This document shows, piece by piece, positions 1 through 10,358 of a stretch of 64,000 bases of DNA; position 1 is the first letter of the stretch; each line of letters opens with the position of its first letter. This stretch comes from an uncultured Candidatus Saccharibacteria bacterium (GTDB taxonomy: Bacteria > Patescibacteriota > Minisyncoccia > Phycocordibacterales > UBA918), in the NCBI GenBank assembly GCA_964353135.1, contig CAYGTV010000001.1, positions 87,138 to 151,137 on the forward strand, written 5' to 3'. The position numbers and the translations under genes were made by a program. The notes under the pieces are model-generated. The model searched no databases, was not told the origin of the DNA, and saw only the letters and a program-made list of their open reading frames with translations.

Positions 1-371
1 ATCAGACCGTGAATTGGTCGAAAGAATGTCACAAACCGACCAACAATCATGTATATCAGCAGACCTTTGGTTTCCAAGAAAATTTTGGCTTTTTTTGCTC
101 GGGGTGAGTCAATTCGTTGTTCAATCATTTTTGTGGTACTAAACAACCTCCCGATCCAGTAATTAATCTGGTTTCCAAATACAGTTCCAGCAACTGCAGC
201 TATTATGATTTCTGGAACGCTGATCATGCCTGACATGTGCATCATAGCCACAGCACTGAGGGTAGCTATACCATATAAAATGTAGCCAGACAAAAAGAAT
301 ACATCCAACACCGATGCCATAAATATGACTAGTGGCGCATGGTGTGAAAGCTGGTAGAGAAGTTCGTACAT
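1..371 (-). CDS. DedA-family membrane protein, N-terminal part (3' end beyond window edge)
   Basis: Manual translation of the minus strand from the ATG at 371 gives MYELLYQLSHHAPLVIFMASVLD...SVPEIIIAAVAGTVFGNQINYWIGRLF..., resembling the DedA core (G-D-x-I-G-Y-W-I-G-R). It is absent from the ORF track because it is truncated at the window edge. Confidence 0.45.
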   Translation of the reverse strand, partial: MYELLYQLSHHAPLVIFMASVLDVFFLSGYILYGIATLSAVAMMHMSGMISVPEIIIAAVAGTVFGNQINYWIGRLFSTTKMIEQRIDSPRAKKAKIFLETKGLLIYMIVGRFVTFFRPIHGL

Positions 372-379
372 GACTAGAT

Positions 380-997
380 TTAAATCATCAGTATGGCGGC
401 AATAACCATCCAATAGAAGCTGATTGTAAATACGATACTCCTTCGGTAACCAATTTTGTTCTGTACATGCACGAGTTTTGTAATCACTAATCCGACCATA
501 AAGTAGAATGGCAGCACTTCGAGACATGAAAGGTGTGAAAGTGGTCCTAGGTTAGCTGGTAGGTAGTAAAAGATGTACTCACCAAATAAGAGTAGGAATA
601 ATCCGTTATAGAGTATTTCTAGAAAGATCGCTTCAGCTCCCATGATTATTCCCGGAAGGATTATCTGATTTGATTCAAATTTATGCCACACGGTATCGTT
701 GATGTATTTATAGAAGCCAAGTGATCCCCAAATTAATGGAAAGAAATAACTGATGTGCGCATTTTTTGTGGGGAATAGTCTGTACTCCCATAAGGGCTCA
801 CCAAATACATACGCCCATAGTGTATTTACGACTATTTCTCCCGCTATTCCAAAAAGACAAAACAGCGAAACGTAAAAGAGTAGTTTTTTCGGTTCAATCT
901 TTATCCAGCGACGTTTAATTAAACAGACAAGTGCATAGTAAGCCGCACAAAACAAAACCCCAAAGATCGTTGTCGAGAGAATGCTGATCGATATCAT
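380..997 (-). CDS. hypothetical polytopic membrane protein
   Basis: A 205-aa ORF with several hydrophobic segments. I recognise no family. Confidence 0.45.
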   Translation of the reverse strand: MISISILSTTIFGVLFCAAYYALVCLIKRRWIKIEPKKLLFYVSLFCLFGIAGEIVVNTLWAYVFGEPLWEYRLFPTKNAHISYFFPLIWGSLGFYKYINDTVWHKFESNQIILPGIIMGAEAIFLEILYNGLFLLLFGEYIFYYLPANLGPLSHLSCLEVLPFYFMVGLVITKLVHVQNKIGYRRSIVFTISFYWMVIAAILMI

Positions 998-1123
998 TTG
1001 GTAATGGTAGCAGATATGTATGGGGAATAGCCATTGCTATACTGTCTCTATCCCAAGCCTTATATCTAGCTGTGCACCCAGACTGGAAATGTGCAATAGA
1101 TTCTTTAGATACACGAGTTTTGT

Positions 1124-3217
1124 TTAGTGTGACCGTAACAGTTCATCTTTGAGGGTGATAAAAAGTTTTTGAGTAATTAATTCTTTTTCATATAGCTCCT
1201 TGAGTAGGGTGTCTTCGATTTTGTGGACACTATGCTCGGCTAGGATAAACGAAAGAATAGCCGCTTCTTTAGGGCGCTCGGCGCTGAGGGCTGCTAGTTT
1301 AGCTGCTGAATTTTGTTTGAAAGTAGTGTACAGCGCGATAGCGTCGTGTAATTCGTGATCACTAAAGACACTGCTGGCGGTGTCCTGGAGACTGGTAAAT
1401 TCTTTGACGACTTTTTGAGAAATAATTTTTTGGGCTCGGTAGTACATATACCTCTCATCAAAGCCAAAGGTCTTTTTGTTAGGCTGTACAATTGCCCTCA
1501 CTGCGGTTGCAAGTCGCTCAAATACATCACGGCTGTCAGTGTGCAGGGCAGTGTCTGGAGCCATATTCCCAGCTTCTATGGCTTCTAGTTGTAGCTGCAG
1601 CTTCCCAGAAATCCGTCTGAATACAATCTCATTGATTTCGTTGTGACGATATAGCACCTTGAGTTCACGTTTTTCGATTCCAATCGCAAACACTCGTAGG
1701 GTGCGCAGTGATAATTGTTCCTGACTATCATCTGACAGAGTGTTTATTTGTTCACAGGCTCGGGTGAGAGCTGCTTCGTGGTCAGTTAACAGTCGTTTTG
1801 CAGTTTCCTCATCGATGTATTGCCTGTCTTTAAATGCGTTGACTCGTTTGCTTACTTCATCATGGATCAATGCGCGAGCTTCTTTGTATTCGACTTCCTC
1901 AAGTTTTGTTAGTGCATCGAGCTTGAAATGTCTAATAAAGGGTTTGATAGTGGTGGCTTTGATAAACAACGTGGCACCAATACAACCAACCGTAAGAGCC
2001 AGCAGGAATTCTTTTGGTGACGTGGCTAGTGACCAACCGGTTACCATAAAGTCGTCAGGGATCAGTAGCACCATAGTGACCGCCAGCGCTCCTCGAAGTG
2101 ACCCCCAGGCCAGTAAGTGTTGCCAGCTGGTGGGGATTGATTTGCTGGTATCCACCAGTTTGTTATAGATAAACACGACTGGGTAAATAGAAATCGCTCG
2201 AGCCACTGCCACTACGACAACACCGATGAGCACCGCATAGAAAATGGTGGGAGTGTTAAATGATGTCTGTGACATAAGGACTCCAATAAGCAGGAATACA
2301 AGTGAGTTGGCCATAAAAGCAAACTGCTCCCACAGTTCAGCCACAAATTTTTCAGCTCGAGGGTGAATCTTTGCTCGACCGTAGTTACCAATCAAGAGAG
2401 AAGCTATAGTCGTACTAATAATTGGAGAAATCGGTATGACATGTCCAAACAGTAGTGGGGTAGTTGAAAGCAATTCGGCTAGGATAAAAGTAATATGAGC
2501 TAAAACAAGCGTGAGCGTAATGCTAGCAACCTCACTCTCGCGGGTGATTCCCATTAGCAAAGAGAAGAACCCCCCAATACATAATCCAAATATAACTCCA
2601 CCTAGTAGCATCGATACAAATATAGCTAGTCCAACCAGGGAAGTGGTTACAGTAAATAATCCGGCGTTGATTGCCTCGAGGGTGATAAGAAAGACCGCTA
2701 CAGCGGTCGCGTCGTTAAAGAGACTCTCGCCTTCAAATATAAGTGTTAGTCGTTTTGGGGCTCCATATTCTTTAAACAAGGCTAAAATCGCTACTGGGTC
2801 AGTTGCTGAAATCAAGGCCCCAAATAAAATCGTCAGCACAATCGGAATATCGATACCTACTAGTAGCAAGAGTACATGCAGTAGGGTTGCAATGACGGTG
2901 GTGGATACAATAAAACTACCAATTGAAAGTGTGAGAACCGCTGCATAGTCGTCGACCAGTCGCCGGATATTCATGTTGTAGGCCGATTCAAAAATCAGCG
3001 TCGGGAGGAAGATGTAAAAGAGTAGTTCCGGAGTGAGTTGAAACATCCCCAAGAATTGAAATGTCGGGATGTATGACAGTACACCCAGACTAATGCCAAT
3101 AATCACGAGTAATACTGTATGCGGGATGTGGAGCCGTTTGGCCCAAAAAATAGCTAGGCTAGAAATACCGAGCATGAGAAAGAGTGTAAGGATAGCTTCA
3201 ATTGTGACCATAAGCAA
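1124..3217 (-). CDS. Na+/H+ (cation:proton) antiporter, CPA1/NhaP-like, with a long C-terminal cytoplasmic domain
   Basis: A 697-aa ORF. The N-terminal ~400 aa is multi-TM with an ATDPVA motif typical of Na+/H+ exchangers. The C-terminal ~280 aa is a soluble helical domain. Confidence 0.7.
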   Translation of the reverse strand: MLMVTIEAILTLFLMLGISSLAIFWAKRLHIPHTVLLVIIGISLGVLSYIPTFQFLGMFQLTPELLFYIFLPTLIFESAYNMNIRRLVDDYAAVLTLSIGSFIVSTTVIATLLHVLLLLVGIDIPIVLTILFGALISATDPVAILALFKEYGAPKRLTLIFEGESLFNDATAVAVFLITLEAINAGLFTVTTSLVGLAIFVSMLLGGVIFGLCIGGFFSLLMGITRESEVASITLTLVLAHITFILAELLSTTPLLFGHVIPISPIISTTIASLLIGNYGRAKIHPRAEKFVAELWEQFAFMANSLVFLLIGVLMSQTSFNTPTIFYAVLIGVVVVAVARAISIYPVVFIYNKLVDTSKSIPTSWQHLLAWGSLRGALAVTMVLLIPDDFMVTGWSLATSPKEFLLALTVGCIGATLFIKATTIKPFIRHFKLDALTKLEEVEYKEARALIHDEVSKRVNAFKDRQYIDEETAKRLLTDHEAALTRACEQINTLSDDSQEQLSLRTLRVFAIGIEKRELKVLYRHNEINEIVFRRISGKLQLQLEAIEAGNMAPDTALHTDSRDVFERLATAVRAIVQPNKKTFGFDERYMYYRAQKIISQKVVKEFTSLQDTASSVFSDHELHDAIALYTTFKQNSAAKLAALSAERPKEAAILSFILAEHSVHKIEDTLLKELYEKELITQKLFITLKDELLRSH

Positions 3218-3293
3218 AAAACAATACGCCTATCTTGCCGCCTTGGCAAGGGTGTATTTCAAACAAGTCAGTAGGTTTGTTATACTCCTTGGT

Positions 3294-6272
3294 ATGACAG
3301 ATATCATCTCAAGTAGTGCCTTTACCGCCGCTTACAAACAGCTCAATGCAGCTCAAAAAGAAGCAGTCGATACCACCGAAGGGCCAGTGATGGTGATTGC
3401 GGGTCCAGGGACTGGTAAGACCCAAATCCTTACCCTGCGGATCGCAAACATCCTTTTGCAGTCTGATATACAACCAGATAATATCCTAGCGCTCACGTTT
3501 ACCGAGTCTGGTGCGAAAGCTATGCGTGAACGGTTGCTTCGGTATATCGGTGCAGCTGCGTATCGCGTTAACATCTCGACGTTTCATAGTTTTGCGCAGC
3601 GGTTGATTGCTACATACCCTGATGCCTACCCCAACGTTATTGGTGGTCAGCCGGCAACAGATATTGATCGGATTTCTATCATTGAGGCAATTTTAGAAGA
3701 TCCGGCTGTATCAACCCTTCGTCCTGGTGGAAACCCAGAATACTACGTAAAACCACTGATGGGCACTATTAGTGACCTCAAGCGTGAAAACATCACGCCT
3801 AACACTCTACAACAAATGATTGCCGACCAAGAGAGGGATCTGCTAGAAATCGAACAGTTCCACCAAAAGGGCGCCCACAAAGGTAAAGAGCGAGGTGAAT
3901 ACAAAGACGCCGTGAAATCAATCGAGAAAAATCAGGCCCTGCAGTATGTGTACCGACTCTATGAAACCATGTTGCGTGATCAAAAACGCTTCGATTTTGA
4001 CGACATGATTTTACAGACTGTCGCAGCTCTCGAGAAAGACGAGGACATGCTGCGTGACCTGCAAGAGCAGTACCAGTACTTGCTAGCGGACGAACACCAG
4101 GACGTCAACGGGGCACAAAACCGAATTTTGGAGCTGTTGGCTAACTACCATGATCAACCAAACATTTTTGTTGTAGGGGATGAGAAGCAGGCGATCTTTC
4201 GCTTTCAAGGAGCGTCGCTTCAAAACTTTCTGTATTTTCAGTCGAGCTTCACCGGGACAAAAGTAATTTCTCTGACCGAGAACTACCGCTCCGGCCAACC
4301 GGTTTTGGATGCCGGGTATAGTCTCATTACAACTGACGACGAGCATTTGCAGACACTGCGTATTCCACTTAATGCCGCGTTGGTAGATAGTGCGCAAGTA
4401 ACCGTGCGCGACTTCTCACATCAAGCAATCGAAGATAGCTGGCTGGTGGAGCAAGTACAAACCCAAATTGACTCAGGGATCGCTCCAAAAGAAATTGCCG
4501 TCATCGTGCGCAGTAACCGTGAGGTAGAAGACCTCAGTGCTGCTTTGCGCAAAGCGGGAATTCCAGCCCACGCTTCAGCTGAAAGTGACATTCTGTACCA
4601 TCCTGTGACTCAAACCATTGAGCAGTTACTGCGAGCGGTGACACAGTCTGACCAAGGTGCGCTGTTTACGGTGCTGCAGGGGGCGTTTTGGGGTATTAGT
4701 GTGGCTGATACCACCAGGATGTGTGCTGCACAAAACTATAAACGAAAGCTCAGTGAGATTCTGTTTGATGTAGAAATGTTGCAAGAAATTGGGGTGACTG
4801 ATACAGCACCAGTTGAGCGCCTTGTGTCAGTCTTAGAAGAGGCCAGGCGGCGCAATAGTGTCGAAGCACCGCACGAAGTTTTAGCGTTCTTGCTCGAGGA
4901 ATCTGGCTACAAAGAGTACGTCCTGCAGCATGATCCATACGACGGAGCTCGAATTATCAGGCGACTCTATGATGAGATTGAAGAGCTGGTCAAGCGTGAT
5001 AAGAAATCAACCCTGACTGACGTACTATCTGTGTTTGCTCAACGTCGTGCCTATGGACTCCCTTTGTCAGCGCCGTTTATCGGTTCAGAACTAGACGCGG
5101 TCCAAGTGATGACTGCGCACAAATCAAAGGGGCTCGAATTTGAAGTGGTCTTTGCGCCTCATCTCACTGATAACGCTTGGGGTGGAAAAACTAAACGTGA
5201 ATTGTTCAAGATTCCTCGTCAAACTGAAATGGCCGCTGATGCAGCCGACGATGAGAAACGACTCTTGTATGTGCTGATGACTCGAGCAAAACGGTCGCTA
5301 TATCTATCCAATAGCGAGCAAAATGCTGATGGTCGACCACTGACCCCGTCACGCCTGTTGGCTGACATTGCAGAGGATCTGCTTACAGTTGAATCAACCG
5401 CTGAGGCTGAGAAAAAATTTGCTCCGCTTGATCAGGTGGTGTCAGAAGCAAAACATCAATCCGTCGACACAGCACTAGTGGCGGCACTGTTTGCTGAGCG
5501 GGGCTTTTCAGCTACGTCTCTCAACAACTATCTGCGAGATCCGTACGAGTTCTATTTCAAGAATATCCTTCGGGTTCCAGCGGTCCAGCCACCACACATG
5601 CAGTTCGGTACTGCTGTCCACGCCGTGCTACAGCGCGCAACAAACCATCATACAAAAAATAAAACGGTCCCAACTGACAAGCAACTAATGCAATGGATTG
5701 ATGAAAGTTTTGCGAGGCTACCACTAGCAACTGAGGAGTACACCAGGCAACATCAAAAAGCACTAGAGATTATTTTGCCGTATGTCTCTGAACTTATGCC
5801 AACTTTGCCGGTAAAAACTGAAGAAGAATTCTCGATTTCAGTTGAATTAGAAACAGGCATTCCTGACATTCCAACCATACCACTCAAAGGGAATCTCGAT
5901 CGATTGGACTTTGATGAGTCAGGTCAGTTGGTGCAGGTGGTTGATTATAAAACTGGTAAACCAAAATCGAGAAATGTAATTGAAGGGAAGACGGCGTCAT
6001 CAGATGGTGCCTATAAACGACAGCTTACATTTTATGCCTTGCTGCTTGATTTGTATGATGATGAACGTTATCGATGTCGAACCGGGGTGCTTTCATTTGT
6101 AGAGTCGGCAGCTACAGGTTCAATTAAAGAGGAGTCATTTGTGATTACAGATGCAGAAGTGGCGGAACTGAAACAAGAAATCATCAATGCTGCGACTGCT
6201 CTTTCAAACGGCAAATGGGCCACACAAACGTGTGACCCATCTACCTGTGACTACTGTCACTTATTAAACTAG
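3294..6272 (+). CDS. UvrD/PcrA-family ATP-dependent helicase fused to a C-terminal PD-(D/E)XK nuclease (AddA/RecB-like)
   Basis: Walker A GPGTGKT, a DEHQD-type motif II (LLADEHQDVNG), a YRS motif and helicase motif VI-like VLMTRAKRSLY. The C-terminus has a VVDYKTGK nuclease motif and a Cys cluster CDPSTCDYCHLL. The ORF-track start at 3069 overlaps the upstream gene, so the likely start is the ATG at 3294 (MTDIISSSAFTAAY). Confidence 0.8.
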   Translation: MTDIISSSAFTAAYKQLNAAQKEAVDTTEGPVMVIAGPGTGKTQILTLRIANILLQSDIQPDNILALTFTESGAKAMRERLLRYIGAAAYRVNISTFHSFAQRLIATYPDAYPNVIGGQPATDIDRISIIEAILEDPAVSTLRPGGNPEYYVKPLMGTISDLKRENITPNTLQQMIADQERDLLEIEQFHQKGAHKGKERGEYKDAVKSIEKNQALQYVYRLYETMLRDQKRFDFDDMILQTVAALEKDEDMLRDLQEQYQYLLADEHQDVNGAQNRILELLANYHDQPNIFVVGDEKQAIFRFQGASLQNFLYFQSSFTGTKVISLTENYRSGQPVLDAGYSLITTDDEHLQTLRIPLNAALVDSAQVTVRDFSHQAIEDSWLVEQVQTQIDSGIAPKEIAVIVRSNREVEDLSAALRKAGIPAHASAESDILYHPVTQTIEQLLRAVTQSDQGALFTVLQGAFWGISVADTTRMCAAQNYKRKLSEILFDVEMLQEIGVTDTAPVERLVSVLEEARRRNSVEAPHEVLAFLLEESGYKEYVLQHDPYDGARIIRRLYDEIEELVKRDKKSTLTDVLSVFAQRRAYGLPLSAPFIGSELDAVQVMTAHKSKGLEFEVVFAPHLTDNAWGGKTKRELFKIPRQTEMAADAADDEKRLLYVLMTRAKRSLYLSNSEQNADGRPLTPSRLLADIAEDLLTVESTAEAEKKFAPLDQVVSEAKHQSVDTALVAALFAERGFSATSLNNYLRDPYEFYFKNILRVPAVQPPHMQFGTAVHAVLQRATNHHTKNKTVPTDKQLMQWIDESFARLPLATEEYTRQHQKALEIILPYVSELMPTLPVKTEEEFSISVELETGIPDIPTIPLKGNLDRLDFDESGQLVQVVDYKTGKPKSRNVIEGKTASSDGAYKRQLTFYALLLDLYDDERYRCRTGVLSFVESAATGSIKEESFVITDAEVAELKQEIINAATALSNGKWATQTCDPSTCDYCHLLN

Positions 6273-7024
6273 AGAGTTTCTACGGCTGTCGCTTCTGAAT
6301 CAAAGTTCCCGTCCAGCTGAGAAATGAGATTTTCTACGATAGCTTTAACCGTGTTGTATGACTGCGCTCCGTTTATAACCGCTTCTTGGTTCCCGACTCG
6401 GATGATTGTGTAGGGTGTTCCTTGGGCACCGGCAGCCAAGCCGTCTGCCATGTCAGCTTTTAAGGTGTCTAACATTCGGTCACTGTTCATACACTCAGTA
6501 AAGGCTGAACGTTCAACTCCAGCGGCTTCAGCAAATTGTGGCAGTTTAGTGACATTTGTGAAATCAGTTTCGTCCCGACTGTCAAAGACAGCATCTGAAA
6601 ATGTCCAAAAGGCACTATTACCAGCGATGTCACCGACACATAGTGCAGCTTCAGAAAGCTGCGGAGCGTTTGGATGTAGGTCAACCAGAGGGAATTGCCG
6701 GTATACCCAAGCCAGTCTGCCGGTCACACCATATTCATCTAGAATTTGGTGCATGGTTGCGTGAAACTGTTTACAAAATGGACAGTCGTAGTCAGAGTAC
6801 TCAATCATGACGATTGGAGCATTTGGGTTGCCAAGGACATAGTCAGAGTCACTGATTGATCGAACCGCACTTGCTGCCACAACATTGTCGGTGACAGTAG
6901 GGGCTGTGGCGACCGGTGCTTGATTGCCGCTAGTAAAGAATATTGCAATTGCAATCATGGCAAACCCGACCACGATTGCGAGTGGGAGAGCCATTGACGT
7001 TTGTTGTTGGTTTGAAGGTTCCAT
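6269..7024 (-). CDS. DsbA-like thiol:disulfide oxidoreductase (thioredoxin fold), membrane anchored
   Basis: CPFC active-site motif (YSDYDCPFCKQFH) and an N-terminal TM helix. Confidence 0.7.
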   Translation of the reverse strand: MEPSNQQQTSMALPLAIVVGFAMIAIAIFFTSGNQAPVATAPTVTDNVVAASAVRSISDSDYVLGNPNAPIVMIEYSDYDCPFCKQFHATMHQILDEYGVTGRLAWVYRQFPLVDLHPNAPQLSEAALCVGDIAGNSAFWTFSDAVFDSRDETDFTNVTKLPQFAEAAGVERSAFTECMNSDRMLDTLKADMADGLAAGAQGTPYTIIRVGNQEAVINGAQSYNTVKAIVENLISQLDGNFDSEATAVETL

Positions 7025-7088
7025 AAAATAATTACCTGGTTACAATGTGATTATATCACGCAATGTGGCGTGCTATACTCGAAACAAT

Positions 7089-7898
7089 ATGGAACTAGTG
7101 GACGCAATCATTCTTGGTTTGGTACAAGGTATTACAGAGTTTTTACCTATTTCATCCACTGGGCACCTGGTATTGGCTCGGGAGTGGCTGATGATTGAGG
7201 GAATTAATGCCTTGGCGTTTGATGCGATTCTGCACTTTGCTACAACTGCCGCTGTGATGCTCTACTTTTGGAGTGACCTGTGGCGGCTACTACAGGTAGC
7301 GTTGCGGAAACTTGGCCGACTACCAGTAGATGAAAAGGATATGACGCTTCTCTATGCGCTGATCATCGGTACCATTCCCGCTGTCGTGATCGGGCTGTTA
7401 CTTGAGCCGACCGTCTCGACCTATTTACGCAGTTCTTTGGTTGTAGCAGTTGTGTTGTTTGCTGCATCAATCTTCTTTTTATACACGGAGTGGCGCTACA
7501 CAATAGCTCCACCACGCGAAACGCTAACCCTTAAAAAGGGATTGCAGATCGGATTGTTTCAGGCATTAGCACTGCTTCCGGGTATGTCACGCTCTGGCGC
7601 CACAATTGCCGGGGGTATGTTGCTTGGTCTAACGCGGATCGAAGCGGCTCGCTTTTCGTTTCTGCTGGCTATTCCGATCACATTAGGGGTGGGTATCAAG
7701 AAAACGCTCGATCTGATGCAAGAAAGCGGGGAAGTAGAATGGTTTTTGATCGCGGTAGGTGCCGGGGTGTCATTTGTCACAGCTCTGTTCGTGATCCATT
7801 TCTTCCTGGCGTTTATCCGCCGCTACACCCTGTGGCCGTTTGTTTGGTACGGAATTATCCTCTCAGCGCTCGTGGGATACGTTGCGTTCATTTCATAG
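7089..7898 (+). CDS. uppP: undecaprenyl-diphosphatase
   Basis: MELVDAIILGLVQGITEFLPISSTGH is the UppP/BacA N-terminal signature. The protein has a polytopic membrane profile and a SRSGATI motif. The start was chosen at the ATG at 7089 inside the ORF-track ORF. Confidence 0.85.
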   Translation: MELVDAIILGLVQGITEFLPISSTGHLVLAREWLMIEGINALAFDAILHFATTAAVMLYFWSDLWRLLQVALRKLGRLPVDEKDMTLLYALIIGTIPAVVIGLLLEPTVSTYLRSSLVVAVVLFAASIFFLYTEWRYTIAPPRETLTLKKGLQIGLFQALALLPGMSRSGATIAGGMLLGLTRIEAARFSFLLAIPITLGVGIKKTLDLMQESGEVEWFLIAVGAGVSFVTALFVIHFFLAFIRRYTLWPFVWYGIILSALVGYVAFIS

Positions 7899-7899
7899 G

Positions 7900-7928
7900 T
7901 TGACCAATACATAATTTTGTGTATTAAT
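7900..7928 (+). promoter_or_regulatory. sigma70-like promoter candidate (TTGACC-N16-TATTAA)
   Basis: Seen upstream of the 7993 gene. It is followed by the GGAGGTAGGG RBS. Confidence 0.3.
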
Positions 7929-7992
7929 ATAAATATAGACCAGTGATGGCCTATTATTTATATATCCCATAATAAAAAACGGAGGTAGGGAA

Positions 7993-8403
7993 ATGAAAAG
8001 GCAGTTCTTTGGAATTTTGACAGCAATCACCGTGTATGTGACACCTGTCGTAGCCGAACAGGCAGACATTGACTGGACAACATTTGATATATACAAACGT
8101 TGTGACGGTGTTGTGATGTTTGATCAAACGTCAGATAGTGGCACCTATTCTGGGTATACAATTTTCCGTCTTCCAGACGGACGTGTCTATTTTGAACGTT
8201 ATGAGGACGGAACTCCTGTTGGGTATGGTACCTTTACCGGTTCTATTTATCAGCTTCCGAAAATGTCAGAAGTTGCCTTGGACCAAGAGGATGAGATGTA
8301 CACGTATCGTTCAGACTTCTTTTTTCATGCCGACACTCCAGATTGGAATGGTGGCAGCGAGAAGCTTCGTATTTGTGAAGATGACTCAAAACCCATTGTC
8401 TAA
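7993..8403 (+). CDS. secreted hypothetical protein (signal peptide)
   Basis: N-terminus MKRQFFGILTAITVYVTPVVA and a strong RBS ggaggtagggaaATG. Confidence 0.5.
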   Translation: MKRQFFGILTAITVYVTPVVAEQADIDWTTFDIYKRCDGVVMFDQTSDSGTYSGYTIFRLPDGRVYFERYEDGTPVGYGTFTGSIYQLPKMSEVALDQEDEMYTYRSDFFFHADTPDWNGGSEKLRICEDDSKPIV

Positions 8404-8413
8404 AATTGAGGAA

Positions 8414-8442
8414 AAGGCCCGCACAATTGCGGGCCTTTCTTG
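8414..8442. terminator. intrinsic terminator hairpin between convergent genes
   Basis: GGCCCGCA-caat-TGCGGGCC stem followed by TTTCTT. Confidence 0.55.
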
Positions 8443-8454
8443 CGTTTGATGGTT

Positions 8455-9030
8455 TTAAAAAAGTAGTGAGTGAGTCATCGCTGATTCCTCTTTGACTTCC
8501 CAGTGGGCGATGTCGAGAGGGATTTCTTTTTTACGGTGGCCGTCTTTAAATTTTACAAAGCCGTTTTTACGCGCAAATTCAAATACGTCCTTGGTCACCT
8601 TTACGTCCTGCTCGCAGTATTTCATGATCTCTTTTATTTTGCCTTCACGCCACCAACGGACTGCCTGTAAGCCGTCCGCTGATTTTTTGGCCCCTACGGT
8701 GGCTTGGGCCACACTATCGAGTCTCAGTCGGCGGCCAAGTGACGCTTTGATGTCTTCGAGCAGGTCGATGCTTTTGATCTGGGTCAGGTCACCCGGGTAG
8801 TATTTATTGAGTAGAGGTATATCAAAGTGGTTTGAATTGTATCCAACCAGCGCGTCGGCTTGTTCGATGATTGGCCACAGGTCGTCGAGGTTATCGATCG
8901 AGACTGTTGTGTATTTCTCTGTCCCGTAGTCGTATACAGTCCCAACTGAAATATCTAAAGCCGTCGGATCACTCGATCCGACTTCCTGGAAAATATTTTG
9001 AGTTTCGAGGTCAAATACAACGTAACGCAT
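8455..9030 (-). CDS. DEDDy-type 3'-5' exonuclease, RNase H-like fold (YprB/COG3359-like)
   Basis: Exo motifs FDLET (I), YNSNHFDIPLL (II) and YCEQDVKVT (III). Confidence 0.55.
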   Translation of the reverse strand: MRYVVFDLETQNIFQEVGSSDPTALDISVGTVYDYGTEKYTTVSIDNLDDLWPIIEQADALVGYNSNHFDIPLLNKYYPGDLTQIKSIDLLEDIKASLGRRLRLDSVAQATVGAKKSADGLQAVRWWREGKIKEIMKYCEQDVKVTKDVFEFARKNGFVKFKDGHRKKEIPLDIAHWEVKEESAMTHSLLF

Positions 9031-9031
9031 A

Positions 9032-10303
9032 CTAGCTTAGTGCAATCAGAGAATTCATAAGTTCTGATAGTGTACCACTAGTGTCTTTGCCAGTTTCGAG
9101 GTGCTTCATAGTATATGTCCCACTTGCAACCTCATCGGAACCAACGGTAATAATATAAATGATGTTGGCGTTAGCGGCGGTGGCAATTTTCTTACCAATT
9201 TTACGATCAGTTGTGTCCACGCTGACTGAAAGTCCTGTTGCTCGGATGTCTTGGGCTAGTTTCATTGCTGCCAGGTTTTGCTCGGGTCCCATCGGTAGCA
9301 GTGCTATTGCTGGTGAGGTGACTGACACTTGTTCTGGTAGTAGTTTGTGTGTCTCAAGGAAGTCTTTCATCGTGACGTCACCAAACCCAAATCCAATGCC
9401 TGACACAGCTTCACCACCAAACAAACTGGTGAGGTTGTCGTAACGCCCACCTCCTAGCAGTGATCGGTTGTTGTCAGGGTGAGTGTCTTTGAATTCAAAG
9501 ACTGTCCCGGTGTAGTAGTCAAATCCGCGGGCTAGGGAACGGTCGATGCGAACATTGTTGATCCCTAGGTCACGCAAAGTAGACACAACCAGGTTATCAC
9601 CAGCGTCGTCTGACTCGATCATGGTCTTGATTTCACTAGCAAGTACTTCATCGCCGTCCAGGATTTGTATCAGGTCCTGGAGATACGCCCCGGCCTCGAT
9701 CTTATCTTTACGGTCATTCAGGCGGGTGATCGCCGTTACTGTATCAGCATCAGTCACGCCTAGTGCAGCATACGCGTGGTTCATGGTTGCTCGGTTGTTG
9801 ATCAGGATTTCAAACATATCCTCGGTTGCGCCAAAGTCCATGAAAATCTGGTGGGCGAGCTGGATGATCTCTACGTCACTGGTGTAATCAGTGGCACCGA
9901 ACATATCGACGTTCAGTTGCCAGTGTTCACGAAGTCGTCCACGCTGCGCTCGTTCGTAGCGAAATAGGTTCGGGATTGAGTACCACCGAGCCGGCCAGGC
10001 TAGTTCCCGCGCTTTACCAGCAATCATACGGGCGACCGTTGGGGTCATTTCTGGTCGTAGAGTAACCTCACGTTCACCACGGTCGGTAAACGTGTAGGTC
10101 TGCTCGTTCACCATTTCTTCGTTTTCAGCCCCTTTGGCTTTGTATAGGGCTGATGGTTCTAATACTGATGCGTCGTAGCGCTCGTAGCCAAAGCGCTCAG
10201 CGGTCTCGCTCCAAGTATCAAAAATATACCGTTGCACGGCCATATCAGCTGGATAAAAATCTCGGACACCCTTATAAGGGTTGGTAGATAGTGGTTCGCT
10301 CAT
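9032..10303 (-). CDS. hisS: histidine--tRNA ligase
   Basis: Class II aaRS motif 2 FRYERAQRGRLREHWQ. It is 423 aa with a C-terminal anticodon-binding domain. Confidence 0.85.
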   Translation of the reverse strand: MSEPLSTNPYKGVRDFYPADMAVQRYIFDTWSETAERFGYERYDASVLEPSALYKAKGAENEEMVNEQTYTFTDRGEREVTLRPEMTPTVARMIAGKARELAWPARWYSIPNLFRYERAQRGRLREHWQLNVDMFGATDYTSDVEIIQLAHQIFMDFGATEDMFEILINNRATMNHAYAALGVTDADTVTAITRLNDRKDKIEAGAYLQDLIQILDGDEVLASEIKTMIESDDAGDNLVVSTLRDLGINNVRIDRSLARGFDYYTGTVFEFKDTHPDNNRSLLGGGRYDNLTSLFGGEAVSGIGFGFGDVTMKDFLETHKLLPEQVSVTSPAIALLPMGPEQNLAAMKLAQDIRATGLSVSVDTTDRKIGKKIATAANANIIYIITVGSDEVASGTYTMKHLETGKDTSGTLSELMNSLIALS

Positions 10304-10358
10304 GATGTAAATGATTGTACGGGAAGTGTTTTCTCTAGTAAAGCAGTGGTGAGGCTCG

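Noticed and set aside
1294-2948. Multiple plus-strand ORFs (1355, 1740, 2511) inside the antiporter gene
   Set aside because: They are antisense to a well-supported 697-aa membrane protein gene, with low-complexity Ser/Ala-rich translations typical of the antisense frame.
3069-3293. 5' extension of the helicase ORF overlapping the antiporter gene by ~150 nt
   Set aside because: It is an ORF-track artefact of the first in-frame start. The helicase domain begins after the ATG at 3294, and the extension has no motif content.
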